Virus record (IMG/VR): IMGVR_UViG_3300042554_001676
Location: 7,965 to 71,964 of that record
DNA: 64,000 nucleotides
Strand: one strand, 5' to 3'
DNA from: a virus
The stretch's first letter is position 1. Each line of letters begins with the position of its first letter. Shown in pieces: positions 1 to 8,913 of this stretch. A program made the position numbers and the translations under genes. Under the pieces are notes generated by a model, which had not been told where the DNA came from, made no database searches, and saw nothing but the letters and a program-made list of their open reading frames with translations.

Positions 1-951
1 GTTTTCGTAATAGACCTGGCCGTTAGCGGTTGCCAAGAATGGACTAGCACAGTCAAAGCTGATGGTGAAGTTGGGGTTTGCGTACTTGCGTATTGCTCGC
101 TGTATGACTGTAAGTAATACCGCCCATTCGAGTTTACTGGTTCCCAAAAAGTGCATCCAATCATGTATACCCTCCTGTAATAATCCATCGTATTTAAGTG
201 CAACTAGCCTTTTGAGAATAAGTTCAACGTCGCACATGTTTTGACCGCCCATGGCCCAACCATCAAAATGGCGTCCTGGGTATTGCTTGGGATCTGAGTA
301 GTGCTTCATGATTTGATACCATGATTCGGCACTGGTATGGTTATCACCTTGTAATACATTGAGAAAACGTGCACCACCATTGGCCACACCGCGACGATTA
401 TTGATAAAATATTCGTTGTTGAACTTGGTAGCATCCACAGCTTCGGTTAGTGTGCTGATTTTGCAAGCAGCACTGGCCTTTTTATCATGAATAACCCAAG
501 TTGGTATATCTAAAATCATACCATAGTCCGAAATGCTGTCAAGCCATTTCAACACTGACTCGCGTTTGTGCTGTGCTCGAGCACATCCAGAATTGGCTTT
601 CCAATCACCTTCCCAAAGTCCTTTGGCAATCTGGAACCCACCCGAATCACCTAGCATGAATGTGCTTGATGCTCGATTACGTACCATGTCCTCAGACCAA
701 TCCTGTTTGGTTAAATCCAAGTTGGCATGGCCTCCTGAATACAAACTCCACTGATATGTATACAGACCTTGTTGAGCATTTAACCAATTTAGCTGCTCCA
801 TGTCTGTGAGCCCTTGTGGAAAACGTGCAGGATCCACATAAGGACCTGTTACAGGATCACGCTGTTTCCCTATAAAGGTAGCATAGAAACCAGAAATAGC
901 CGGCAGAAACACGGCATAGTCCTTTTGTTTAGCTGTTAGATTGTCTTGCAT
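1..951 (-). CDS. tRNA-guanine transglycosylase-like protein (DpdA-like, candidate 7-deazaguanine DNA insertase); runs off left edge
   Basis: Not in ORF track because there is no stop in the window. Hand translation from ATG at 951: MQDNLTAKQKDYAVFLPAISGFY...FMLGDSGGFQIAKG...MILDIP...FLNVLQG...GWAMGG...WMHFLG...ISFDCASPF. These match TGT-fold motifs (DSGGFQ, LD, VxQG, H-x-LG, SFD). Confidence 0.75.
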   Translation of the reverse strand, partial: MQDNLTAKQKDYAVFLPAISGFYATFIGKQRDPVTGPYVDPARFPQGLTDMEQLNWLNAQQGLYTYQWSLYSGGHANLDLTKQDWSEDMVRNRASSTFMLGDSGGFQIAKGLWEGDWKANSGCARAQHKRESVLKWLDSISDYGMILDIPTWVIHDKKASAACKISTLTEAVDATKFNNEYFINNRRGVANGGARFLNVLQGDNHTSAESWYQIMKHYSDPKQYPGRHFDGWAMGGQNMCDVELILKRLVALKYDGLLQEGIHDWMHFLGTSKLEWAVLLTVIQRAIRKYANPNFTISFDCASPFLATANGQVYYEN

Positions 952-1285
952 CTTCTTCCTGACATAGTGCTTCCATTATTTTAAACTTTTCCCAGGTGTC
1001 ACGCAAGCCAGGGTGACGCTGCATACGCTCATTTAGTTCACGTTCTTGTTGCATCTTGGTCATTGCCCAACTTAATGCATCTTGTGCTTCTGTGGTTAGT
1101 GCAATGGAGGTATTATTAGCATTTAGGCTACGCCAACTTACACCATCATTGACTTCCATGTCGTTGATGTTGGTGTTCCAACGTAGCTGTCCTGCGCCAA
1201 CAGCACCCGGGCTCATATATGGATAGTTGTTGTATCCACCGTTAACAACAAGGTATGGACCTTGTGAAACCAGGCTTTTAATCAT
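929..1285 (-). CDS. hypothetical protein
   Basis: 118 aa ORF overlapping both neighbours in the same operon. Confidence 0.7.
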   Translation of the reverse strand: MIKSLVSQGPYLVVNGGYNNYPYMSPGAVGAGQLRWNTNINDMEVNDGVSWRSLNANNTSIALTTEAQDALSWAMTKMQQERELNERMQRHPGLRDTWEKFKIMEALCQEEDARQSNS

Positions 1286-2013
1286 TTCTGTAGTGCAGGA
1301 ATGGTATAGCTGTACAAAGCCAGCCCCGAATCGACTGTGATTTGTGCAGCACCTTGATCGCTGAACCGCAACATTTTGTCACCGGGTAATGCTAAAATAG
1401 TGTTAAACACTGCCACTGGCCATACACGATTAGCATTTAGTTTACCTGAGATACCTTGATGAAACACAAAGTCTCCGGCATGACTGCTTTTGTCACCAAA
1501 ATGAAACTCTAGTTTGTTGCCATTGGTTTTGGCAATAAAGCTGGTTTCTTCGCTGTTGGCTTGGCTTTGGAATCGCATGCGTTGAATACTGCTCACAGCA
1601 GGTTCAATTTCAATATCCCAAGGCACACCACGGAATTTAACTGATTTGAGCTTTTCATTGATCACGCTGGCTACCATGAAACGATAGTTGTTCTTGAAGT
1701 CACCGTCGCGATTTTCAAAGTCAATGCCGCAGGGAATCATATCGCCATTGGTGTCTTTCTGACGAGCAATGCTAAGTCTAGCATCTTCTTTGTACTCAGG
1801 AATGTTTAAGATAACACTTAGCTTGCTGAGATTGGGCATACCAAATACGCCAACAAAGTCTGCGATAGCATGGTGCAGACGTGCATCTAAAATCACGCTG
1901 CGATCATCGGCCACAGCATTGATCATGGTATCTTTGTCGTCACCAGTGACCTTTAATAACTCAATGCCTAGTCCATTGGTGTGTTGAACTATGTCATGTA
2001 GTGCGTCTTTCAT
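1282..2013 (-). CDS. probable DNA polymerase sliding clamp (gp45-like)
   Basis: 243 aa, clamp-like size and alpha/beta pattern, directly downstream of polB; clamp loader present at 27421. Inference, no diagnostic motif. Confidence 0.5.
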   Translation of the reverse strand: MKDALHDIVQHTNGLGIELLKVTGDDKDTMINAVADDRSVILDARLHHAIADFVGVFGMPNLSKLSVILNIPEYKEDARLSIARQKDTNGDMIPCGIDFENRDGDFKNNYRFMVASVINEKLKSVKFRGVPWDIEIEPAVSSIQRMRFQSQANSEETSFIAKTNGNKLEFHFGDKSSHAGDFVFHQGISGKLNANRVWPVAVFNTILALPGDKMLRFSDQGAAQITVDSGLALYSYTIPALQK

Positions 2014-2083
2014 ATTTGATCCTTGTAAATAGTTGTAGTATACAAAATCTATTTAGATTTTGCAATAGGTTTGTGTATTTTTA

Positions 2084-4738
2084 TTATTCAAAAGTAAACA
2101 GTTGGTCAAATGTGGTCTTGATACTGGTATGCTCGGCAATATTCCAACCAAGTACACCTAATAGGTTTTCCACTTTCTGATCCACAATAGTATCTTCCAT
2201 AAGTCCATCATCAAAAGGTAAATCTTTAAACCATTGCGGTATGTGAGTTTCGTCTGTGGGATAGCCCACAGATGTATAGCCCAAAGGATTAGATCGCAGT
2301 TTACACACAATGGTTTTCATACCATCCACAATTTGCATGCTGTAGTTGTCTGAGTGCATACGACGCAGAGTATTCCAGTTTAGTGCAGCTCGAACGTGCC
2401 CGGGCATGTTGGCACGACCTTTCTTGTTTTCTAGCTCACCATAATGAGTAAGATTGTTCACACGTTTCGGTGTACCCTTCTCCCAGGCCGGGCGTTTCTG
2501 GAATTCGGTTTTAAACTCACGTACACGATCGTATACATAAGCAGCATCAGAACCAGTGAGTACTCGTAGCAGTAGATCACTGAGAAAGTCTTGCACTACC
2601 TTGGGAGTGTCTGACCGTTTAAGATCTAGACCCATGGCTTTGACTTTACCTGGCTTGCCATTGATATCCAGCCTAGCACCTTCCAGATCATAGATCAGCA
2701 CAGCATAACGCTTTTTCTTAATAAACAGGCCTTTGCTGGCGATCAACTCGCGCCCGCCTTTGATAATGGCACCCATGTCCCTAGGGCAATTAAAGGCTCG
2801 ATCCATGAACGCTGGAAAACTGTCATTGACGCTTTCGGCAATGGTATCGTAGAGTTGAATACAGATATCCTTGTTCCATTCCATGGTACCTGCTTCTATT
2901 TCCGGTTTGAGAATAGGATAAGCTGAAAAGTAAACAGAATCAGTGTCGCCGTATATAATGGCTCGGCCTACATGATCGTACTCGCCAGTGACGCACTCGT
3001 TGACATGTGCATCCATGTGACGTGCAATTGCACGACCTGTCAAGGTTGTACTTTGACCAATACGCTTGTCAAAAAAGCGACATCCAGGATTAAGGATAGC
3101 ACCATACAGTGAGTTAAGGTTAATTTTCTTAACCAACTGTCGCTTGTCCCAAAAGGCCTTGTCTTCAGCAGTCTGTGCGTCTTTCTTCTTAGCCTGTAGC
3201 TCTTTTCTTTCAGCGTACCAACGCTCAAGCAAGCCCGGTACAATGCCTTTGGTATCATACTTAAAGATAGTTCCATTTGCACTCAATATCCAAGGTTGAC
3301 GACCTTCAAAGATCAATTGATAAACGTCACGAGCCATCATAACGTCCGAACCACCAGTTTCCCAGTCTACGGTGATTTCTCGACCAGCTTCTTGGTTCAT
3401 GACCATGGTGTATTCTAGACTTCCAAACAAATTTTCCCAGGCATCTGCAAACGAACTGCCTGAGTCCATTTTGTCCTTTATGTAACGTTCTGTATAAGTG
3501 GGTCGCAATTGTCCGACAATGGTTTCCGGGGCCATGTTAAGAGCGCGGATCGCTGACGGATACAGACTGTTGATGTCGATTGCGCCAATGTATTCGTGCA
3601 TGCCCCTTTTGGGATAAGCAACATAGGCACCTGCCGCTTGAGTGTCACCTTCATGATTTTTCCTATTTTGAACTACTAGTCCCATACTATGGGCTTCGTT
3701 GATAATAGCCTGCTCGGTTACTGCTACAGCTCCCATGGTAGTGGGTAATAACACAGTGTTATCATGCGCTAGTTCGTTGGCCAGATCTAGAAAACGCAGT
3801 TTCTTGTCTAACTTGGCCAACAGCATGGTGTCTTGTCTGTTGTAGTCAACAAAGGTTATAAAATCTCTGTTGTACAATTGGTCCAATGTACCTTCGTATT
3901 GAATTTTCCTTTCATCTAATTCATACTCACCGATAGCGTCTAAGCTGTAACTATGTCGTTCCTCATAGGTGTATTTTCTATACAGTTGCATATAGTCCAT
4001 GTGCACACGACCAACAAGATCGAATGTGATGTTTTCTGCACCAAAACGCTCAAAGGTACGCTGTTTAGGATACTGTTCCCATAAACAAAATCTACGTGTA
4101 TCGTCTTTGCTTAAAATTCGATTGGTACGCATGACCATGTAGGGAATATCAAAGCCTTCTGAGTTCCACCCACTAAGTATGTCTGCATCGTCGATGAGAT
4201 CCAGAAAGGTCAAAATCAAATCTTCTTCGCGCTCTACTAGAAAACAGTTGTCATACTTGCTGATCATTTCTGTGGCTGATTCCCAGCTCAGTGTCTTAGG
4301 AGGCACTACCAAGGTAACCAAACGATCTAGCCAGTCCAAGTACAAACTAATAGCAGTAATGGGATTAAAAGGATCCTCGGGACGGCTGAAACCACGCACT
4401 GGGTCAAAGTCAACTTCAATATCGAAAAATACTGTGTGCAGACGTGGCGCATTTTGCCCTAGATAATTTTCTTCTAGGCAGCGATTGACCGGCTTGATGT
4501 CAGATTCCCAAAGCTGACGATTACTGTGTAGTTTGAGTTCGCGACTGTATTCTTTGTAGTTGCGACTGCTGAATCTACTGACTGGCGTTCCATAAATGGT
4601 ACGGAATTTACCCTTGGGATCATCATAGTAAAATTGATAATTGGCAGCGTAGTCGCGATACACACGCCGTCCATCTACACGTTCTACTACGTAGATACGA
4701 TTTTGTTCACGACTGAATAGTGCGTCAACATAACTCAT
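2084..4738 (-). CDS. family B DNA polymerase (T4 gp43-like)
   Basis: ExoI FDIEV, ExoII NSEGFDIPY, ExoIII YNRQD; polymerase motifs DINSLYP, KKINLNSLYG, YGDTDS. Confidence 0.97.
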   Translation of the reverse strand: MSYVDALFSREQNRIYVVERVDGRRVYRDYAANYQFYYDDPKGKFRTIYGTPVSRFSSRNYKEYSRELKLHSNRQLWESDIKPVNRCLEENYLGQNAPRLHTVFFDIEVDFDPVRGFSRPEDPFNPITAISLYLDWLDRLVTLVVPPKTLSWESATEMISKYDNCFLVEREEDLILTFLDLIDDADILSGWNSEGFDIPYMVMRTNRILSKDDTRRFCLWEQYPKQRTFERFGAENITFDLVGRVHMDYMQLYRKYTYEERHSYSLDAIGEYELDERKIQYEGTLDQLYNRDFITFVDYNRQDTMLLAKLDKKLRFLDLANELAHDNTVLLPTTMGAVAVTEQAIINEAHSMGLVVQNRKNHEGDTQAAGAYVAYPKRGMHEYIGAIDINSLYPSAIRALNMAPETIVGQLRPTYTERYIKDKMDSGSSFADAWENLFGSLEYTMVMNQEAGREITVDWETGGSDVMMARDVYQLIFEGRQPWILSANGTIFKYDTKGIVPGLLERWYAERKELQAKKKDAQTAEDKAFWDKRQLVKKINLNSLYGAILNPGCRFFDKRIGQSTTLTGRAIARHMDAHVNECVTGEYDHVGRAIIYGDTDSVYFSAYPILKPEIEAGTMEWNKDICIQLYDTIAESVNDSFPAFMDRAFNCPRDMGAIIKGGRELIASKGLFIKKKRYAVLIYDLEGARLDINGKPGKVKAMGLDLKRSDTPKVVQDFLSDLLLRVLTGSDAAYVYDRVREFKTEFQKRPAWEKGTPKRVNNLTHYGELENKKGRANMPGHVRAALNWNTLRRMHSDNYSMQIVDGMKTIVCKLRSNPLGYTSVGYPTDETHIPQWFKDLPFDDGLMEDTIVDQKVENLLGVLGWNIAEHTSIKTTFDQLFTFE

Positions 4739-4995
4739 AGAGTACGGCCCACAGTCTCCAAAATAGTATTTAGATCGTCGTGGTCACGATTGGTTTCACC
4801 TAGCTTGCTTTTGGCAGCGATCTTGATAGCTTTCTTGAGAATAGCTGGCTTGATCTCTAGTTCTTCTGCCACTGCCTTTACTGTGTCATTTAGACCACTG
4901 TTAAGATCATCAATTTCGGTTAATACTTGAATACCTTCGTTGATTATTTGGGTGAGCTTGAGCTTTTGCTCAGCACTGAACATACGGTCACTCAT
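4735..4995 (-). CDS. small dsDNA-binding protein (T4 DsbA / GapR-like)
   Basis: Start reassigned to MSDRMF after an AAGGAG RBS; 86 aa helical with EIDDLNSGLNDTVKAVAEELEIKPAILKKAIK pattern. Confidence 0.6.
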   Translation of the reverse strand: MSDRMFSAEQKLKLTQIINEGIQVLTEIDDLNSGLNDTVKAVAEELEIKPAILKKAIKIAAKSKLGETNRDHDDLNTILETVGRTL

Positions 4996-5017
4996 GTGGA
5001 CTCCTTGGAAAAATCTT

Positions 5018-5046
5018 ATTATACAGAATTTGTGCAGCAGGTGCAA
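5018..5046 (-). promoter_or_regulatory. sigma70-type promoter for the dsbA-like/polB operon
   Basis: TTGCAC-N17-TATAAT on minus strand upstream of the RBS. Confidence 0.7.
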
Positions 5047-5055
5047 TAGTGTAAA

Positions 5056-5158
5056 TGCTCACTTTAGCCGATCCGGGGTGGTAGCGGAGGTTGGATCGAC
5101 AGGGCAGCAGCCGCCCGGCGCCTTAGGCCTAGATAACTAGGACGGTCCTAAGGGTATG
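5056..5158 (-). ncRNA. candidate structured ncRNA (unassigned; strand uncertain)
   Basis: GC-rich intergenic island. Stems CCTTAGG/CCTAAGG (enclosing CCTAG/CTAGG), GGGCGG/CTGCCC and GTCGATCC/GGATCGGC; G-U pairs favour the minus strand. Confidence 0.55.
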
Positions 5159-5773
5159 CTATATAGCCTTTTCGGTAAACTCGGCACGTGACCAATTCAA
5201 CAAGTAACGAGCTTTCCAATCATTCTGTGCAAAACCACGCAAGGACTGCCACTGATCGCGTTTATGTTCTATGGTGCTAGCAGCATCACGCCAATCTGTA
5301 TGGTCAATGCGTTCTTGTATTTTATTTACTTGATTACAGAACTCAGTAAAAATATTTGTATCGTACTCAATATGTACAACTTCGAATAGGTTTCCATTGC
5401 TGTCTACACTGTCTAGAGCGAAATCAAAACCCCATTTTGGTTTGGTCATTAGCATTAAGCTGGCTTGAGGTATTGATTCTTTTAATGCTTGTAGCTGTCG
5501 TTCGGCATCACCTCGGTATCCGCAACGGTATAAAATTAAACTATGATCCACGATCAGTGTTGGATCTGAACTGGTGTACCAAGGTACCTGATAAGCATGG
5601 TGGTTTAGTGTATGATCTAATTTATAGCCGCAGATTTGGTAATACTTTTGTTCGGCACGATTTAGTTCAAACCCATCTTTGTCGTAGTATAGAAAATCGT
5701 TTTTATGCAGATCTAAGCATATACGATCACAATGCAAATCAGTACGTATACTAATTCGGTTACAACTAAGCAT
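5159..5773 (-). CDS. hypothetical protein
   Basis: 204 aa ORF in operon. Confidence 0.7.
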   Translation of the reverse strand: MLSCNRISIRTDLHCDRICLDLHKNDFLYYDKDGFELNRAEQKYYQICGYKLDHTLNHHAYQVPWYTSSDPTLIVDHSLILYRCGYRGDAERQLQALKESIPQASLMLMTKPKWGFDFALDSVDSNGNLFEVVHIEYDTNIFTEFCNQVNKIQERIDHTDWRDAASTIEHKRDQWQSLRGFAQNDWKARYLLNWSRAEFTEKAI

Positions 5774-5776
5774 GGC

Positions 5777-6196
5777 TTACTGTGTTCGGTCTCGATTGTC
5801 TATGGCGCCGCCAGTGATCCAACTTGTACAACTTCGAGTTCCGGCGCATTTGAAATGATGAAAATTACAATAACCCAGGTCAGCCCGGTGTATACTGGCC
5901 ATAGCATCTGCTGCTTTCTCATCACCTTTGATCCCTGCTTCAATACAGGCCCACATCTTGTCTGACACATCAAAGGCAGCACAGTTGCCGCACTGCATGG
6001 TTTTGGCAGTTTTTTCTGTGATGTCCCAACGCTTGGCTGCCTGCTTCCAATAATCGCCTGGTTCGTCGGGATTAGCAGGACCATAGTGGTAATCATCAAT
6101 GGCCCGTTGTCTATTCTTCAAGTTCACATCAATATCGTAGGTAGCCACTGGGCAACCCTTACTGGCAGCTTCCACGATACGGATTAAATTACGCAT
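5777..6196 (-). CDS. Cys-rich putative metal/Fe-S-binding protein with capsid-targeting-like leader
   Basis: CGNC...GYC...FKC...SCTSW; N-terminus MRNLIRIVEA. Confidence 0.65.
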   Translation of the reverse strand: MRNLIRIVEAASKGCPVATYDIDVNLKNRQRAIDDYHYGPANPDEPGDYWKQAAKRWDITEKTAKTMQCGNCAAFDVSDKMWACIEAGIKGDEKAADAMASIHRADLGYCNFHHFKCAGTRSCTSWITGGAIDNRDRTQ

Positions 6197-6363
6197 TAGT
6201 TATTGCTTTTGATTATATGCTTGTCTATGCAGTCGTTACAACTACATTCTTTACAATCACAGCCATCAGTGAGGCATTCGCCTTTACAATGGTGAAAACA
6301 CCCACAACCACAACGATGTGTTAAACGATAATAGGCTTCATTGTCATCTATATAGTTTTCCAT
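6196..6363 (-). CDS. metallothionein-like Cys-rich peptide (55 aa)
   Basis: Hand translation MENYIDDNEAYYRLTHRCGCGCFHHCKGECLTDGCDCKECSCNDCIDKHIIKSNN; 10 Cys; TAATG coupling to next gene; below ORF-track cutoff. Confidence 0.65.
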   Translation of the reverse strand: MENYIDDNEAYYRLTHRCGCGCFHHCKGECLTDGCDCKECSCNDCIDKHIIKSNN

Positions 6364-6364
6364 G

Positions 6365-7426
6365 TTAACCTTCTATTCGTGATGTGCCAATGGTGATAGC
6401 TGGTTGGTTTAATCTTTGCTTGTCACTCTTGGTATGCACAGTGCTGTCATACTTAAGATCAAATACCTTATTACCATCTTGGTCTGTGGTCATATTACCG
6501 ATAACATATCTACCATTGGCAATTAAGCCAAGGCCCGCAATTTGATTTTTACTGTAACTAATAGCAGGCAATGGTGTAGCATCAGGGTTATCCGAATTGG
6601 TGCGTAGTGCTCCGGGTTTAAAACCTAAATCAGCTAGTTCTCTTCCAAACGTTAACATTTCATTGCCTGCAATGACTAGTTTGGGTTGACCACCTTGGTT
6701 AACGATCTTAGCAAAAAATCGCTCTCTAGGACTTCCTAAAATATCTGTAACAAATTTTTTATTAAAATCGATAGTGGCACCGGCTACTACCTTGCGCTGT
6801 GCGTTAAGCAAAAAGTCAATGTGATCGCGTACGGCCTGAAGTGCTAGTTCACGACTGGCTCCTGCTTGTTTGTATTCTTCCCTACCGATCTGTGTTACAG
6901 CAATATATTTGCCACGCCATGGTTTCAGAGTAACATACAAAGGATAATTTTTATATTCACCTGCAGGATCGAAATTAGCATCTCCTGTGACTGCTTCTGC
7001 AACCGGTATACGAACCACATTGCTAACAGGTGTACGCAGCAATTCGTCATCGGCGGTTCTAAAATAAACTGCTAAACTAGCAAAAGGTCTGTATAATTCT
7101 ACACTTTCTACTATACCGCGACGACTCATGTCTTTGGTTCTGACTAAATCACCTACTTGAATATTTTCACCGACTAGTCTCCGACCAACAGGTGGACGAT
7201 CTTTGCCTTTAAAGTATCCTGTAAATTTAGGTCCGGTGTCTTTGGCGGCTTCTTTACGCAAACTTTTAAAACGATCGCGTTTAGTACCAAGATGTTTAGG
7301 CAGCTGAAAACGCTCATCGATTTCTGCTTCGTTTTTGGGCTTCTTACCTGCCCGTTTCATGGCAATGGCGATGGCTGCCTGTTGAGCAGGATTGGTGGCT
7401 TCATCAATAAATTCACTGAGTTTCAT
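6365..7426 (-). CDS. modular putative internal head protein
   Basis: Leader MKLSEFIDE; basic module AQQAAIAIAMKRAGKKPK; internal xxE junctions (IDER, VGEN, VAEA); late-type ATAAATA upstream. Confidence 0.6.
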   Translation of the reverse strand: MKLSEFIDEATNPAQQAAIAIAMKRAGKKPKNEAEIDERFQLPKHLGTKRDRFKSLRKEAAKDTGPKFTGYFKGKDRPPVGRRLVGENIQVGDLVRTKDMSRRGIVESVELYRPFASLAVYFRTADDELLRTPVSNVVRIPVAEAVTGDANFDPAGEYKNYPLYVTLKPWRGKYIAVTQIGREEYKQAGASRELALQAVRDHIDFLLNAQRKVVAGATIDFNKKFVTDILGSPRERFFAKIVNQGGQPKLVIAGNEMLTFGRELADLGFKPGALRTNSDNPDATPLPAISYSKNQIAGLGLIANGRYVIGNMTTDQDGNKVFDLKYDSTVHTKSDKQRLNQPAITIGTSRIEG

Positions 7427-7454
7427 AGCATGATCCTGAGATATACAGTATTTA

Positions 7455-7586
7455 TTAACCGCGCATGAATATGGTTACTGCCATTGCACTAAAAATAAGG
7501 CCCGATACCCACCAGCTGATATAATAGCCCAGACCAATGAAAAACAGTAACCAAGTAAGATGATACAGGTGTAGGTACCAAGGCAT
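7455..7586 (-). CDS. small membrane peptide (43 aa)
   Basis: Hand translation MPWYLHLYHLTWLLFFIGLGYYISWWVSGLIFSAMAVTIFMRG; TGATG coupling to upstream gene. Confidence 0.5.
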   Translation of the reverse strand: MPWYLHLYHLTWLLFFIGLGYYISWWVSGLIFSAMAVTIFMRG

Positions 7587-8284
7587 CAGCGTAAGCTAAG
7601 GTCAGCATCTTGTTGATCCTGTCGGGCACGTGACATTTTGTCTAGGTAGCCCATGTTGCGTAGGATCTTATAGCTGAGATTTTCCACACTGAATTCACCA
7701 CCCGAATCTAGACCACTTTGACGCATTTTACGTAGTTTGGCGAATAGTCTGGTAATGTCTTCGGGGTCATCTGCTGCTGAAATGGTTTTGTTAATTTGTA
7801 CTACTAAATCTTTTACTTTGGCATTGATAGCCAGCTGATCAATGCCCGGCTTGCTGTATTCGGGTTCGCGTATCCATCGATCATCTAATAGACTATAGAT
7901 ACCTGCTGCCACTGGTGGTTGTGCTGCATCTTCTACGTAGAGTTCTACTTCATGTCCACGAACCATGATGTCATGGTTGTCGTTCCAAATCTTTTTCTTG
8001 GCTTGATAAAATTCTTCTGCGATATCGTCGCATTCTAGTTCGCTGTATTTGGTAACAACATGCACATCAAAATCGCTGTACTTGGTATAATTATAATTGG
8101 CCATGCTACCAGTAAGCACTACATCGTAAACTCTGAACCCAGGAATATCCAATTGATCAATAAAGAACTTGGCAGCTCGTAAAAGTTTATAGCGTACTTC
8201 ACGGCGTAGGCGACCATGGCGCCAGGCTTCGGGTGCTAGTGTTGAGTTATAGGCTACATTCCCTTGTACAAAATTTTCAGGCAT
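7586..8284 (-). CDS. pol-beta superfamily nucleotidyltransferase
   Basis: hG[S]x9-10DxD signature: LTGSMANYNYTKYSDFDVHV; third acidic residue in HEVELYVED. Confidence 0.85.
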   Translation of the reverse strand: MPENFVQGNVAYNSTLAPEAWRHGRLRREVRYKLLRAAKFFIDQLDIPGFRVYDVVLTGSMANYNYTKYSDFDVHVVTKYSELECDDIAEEFYQAKKKIWNDNHDIMVRGHEVELYVEDAAQPPVAAGIYSLLDDRWIREPEYSKPGIDQLAINAKVKDLVVQINKTISAADDPEDITRLFAKLRKMRQSGLDSGGEFSVENLSYKILRNMGYLDKMSRARQDQQDADLSLR

Positions 8285-8285
8285 A

Positions 8286-8912
8286 TTATTTGTTTTTCCC
8301 CGACTTCATGTTGGCGCAAAAATGGGCCATACGTTGCCGCTCACCGGATGAGTTTTTAGCAATCTTGCGTAATTTGCTAACAGGCTGCTTACAATTGACT
8401 CCAACACGCTTGGCCAAACCTTTGCGTCCGGGCTTCTTTCCGTCGGCAAAGTTTTCAGTTAACTGCTTGGTGCTTAAACGCCAACCTGAATCTCCGGAGT
8501 AATTTAACCCCAGCCAATTTACTAATTTGTCGCAAGATTCGACGGAATCAAACATAAAAATATGTCGATAACTGTCATCTTGTTTAATGCTTCCTTGTTC
8601 AGGAAATGCTCGACGTCGTCCATTGATTTCAAATATATATTGATTGTTTTGTATATCAATGAGACGATATTCTTTATTAAATTTTGCTATGTTGATAATT
8701 TTTGCCACTGGGGTAGCAGCTACAGAAGCATAACAATAACTATTACCGACCTTGGGTTCAGTAGTATTAAAACCATCTAATACGCTAACCAATTTGGTAT
8801 AGTCCTCATGATTTTCAAAGAGAGCAAGGTCGAGTTTAGAGATTTCTTCGAAAAACTCGTGATGGAGATCGAACTCTGAATATTCAACTAATTCTATTTC
8901 GCTGAAGCGCAT
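8286..8912 (-). CDS. two-module putative internal head protein
   Basis: Leader MRFSEIELVE; LTE junction followed by basic module NFADGKKPGRKGLAKRVG...MAHFCANMKSGK. Confidence 0.6.
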   Translation of the reverse strand: MRFSEIELVEYSEFDLHHEFFEEISKLDLALFENHEDYTKLVSVLDGFNTTEPKVGNSYCYASVAATPVAKIINIAKFNKEYRLIDIQNNQYIFEINGRRRAFPEQGSIKQDDSYRHIFMFDSVESCDKLVNWLGLNYSGDSGWRLSTKQLTENFADGKKPGRKGLAKRVGVNCKQPVSKLRKIAKNSSGERQRMAHFCANMKSGKNK

Positions 8913-8913
8913 G

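Noticed and set aside
62-754. Plus-strand ORFs 62-244 and 533-754
   Set aside because: Antisense to the TGT/DpdA-like gene that occupies 1-951 on the minus strand
2084-4738. Intein or intron in DNA polymerase
   Set aside because: 884 aa with normally spaced motifs; no insertion seen
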